NCBI RefSeq assembly: GCF_006345805.1
Contig: NC_043008.1
Coordinates: 51,770,001-51,834,000 of the forward strand
Direction: 5' to 3'
Length of the DNA: 64,000 nt
DNA from: Octopus sinensis
Taxonomy: Eukaryota
The position numbers were made by a program, and so were the translations under genes. The notes under the pieces were generated by a model that did no database searches, was not told where the DNA came from, and worked only from the letters and a program-made list of their open reading frames with translations. Shown piece by piece: positions 63,843 to 64,000 of the stretch (position 1 is the stretch's first letter; each line of letters begins with the position of its first letter).

Positions 63843-64000
63843 TTGGCTTTTGCTTTGTATTTGTACAAGTTGACTCTAAGTCTCACCCAGAAACCTCAAG
63901 AGACAACAAGTTAGAAGTTCAAATTAGTGTTGACTAGAATGCCATATATTGTTCTAGAGAATGTCTGTCAAAACATAAGTAAATTAGAAGTTTTCTTTAA
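63840..64000 (-). mobile_element. Probable 3' end of another R4/Dong-type element abutting a (TAA)n tract
   Basis: Minus strand ...TCTTGAGGTTTCTGGGTGAGACTT...AAAGCAAAAGCCAAATATAATAATAAT; family assignment from recall only. Confidence 0.45.

Overview
AT-rich eukaryotic (metazoan) genomic DNA with no prokaryotic features. The repeat landscape (tRNA-derived SINEs, RTE LINEs with (GAT)n tails, long (TA)n tracts) suggests a cephalopod/Octopus genome, which is an inference. Most of the window is intronic transposon debris: Tx1/L1, CR1-group, RTE and R4/Dong LINEs, Penelope-like elements, mariner and DD37D transposons, MITEs, a Helitron and SINEs. Spanning it on the + strand are eight small GT-AG exons (4781-4877, 10431-10663, 13850-13943, 28203-28429, 29318-29417, 47666-47734, 52438-52480, 61084-61282). 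They splice in phase into a 353-aa C-terminal part of a single-pass membrane protein: tandem divergent PLAT/LH2-like extracellular repeats, a stalk, a TM helix and a tyrosine-motif tail. Further Tyr motifs lie just past the stop codon. The window also holds several minimal type I hammerhead ribozyme motifs, four of them inside three fold-back (inverted-repeat) elements, plus two SINE/LINE pairs sharing 3' tails. All calls were made by eye, without database searches.
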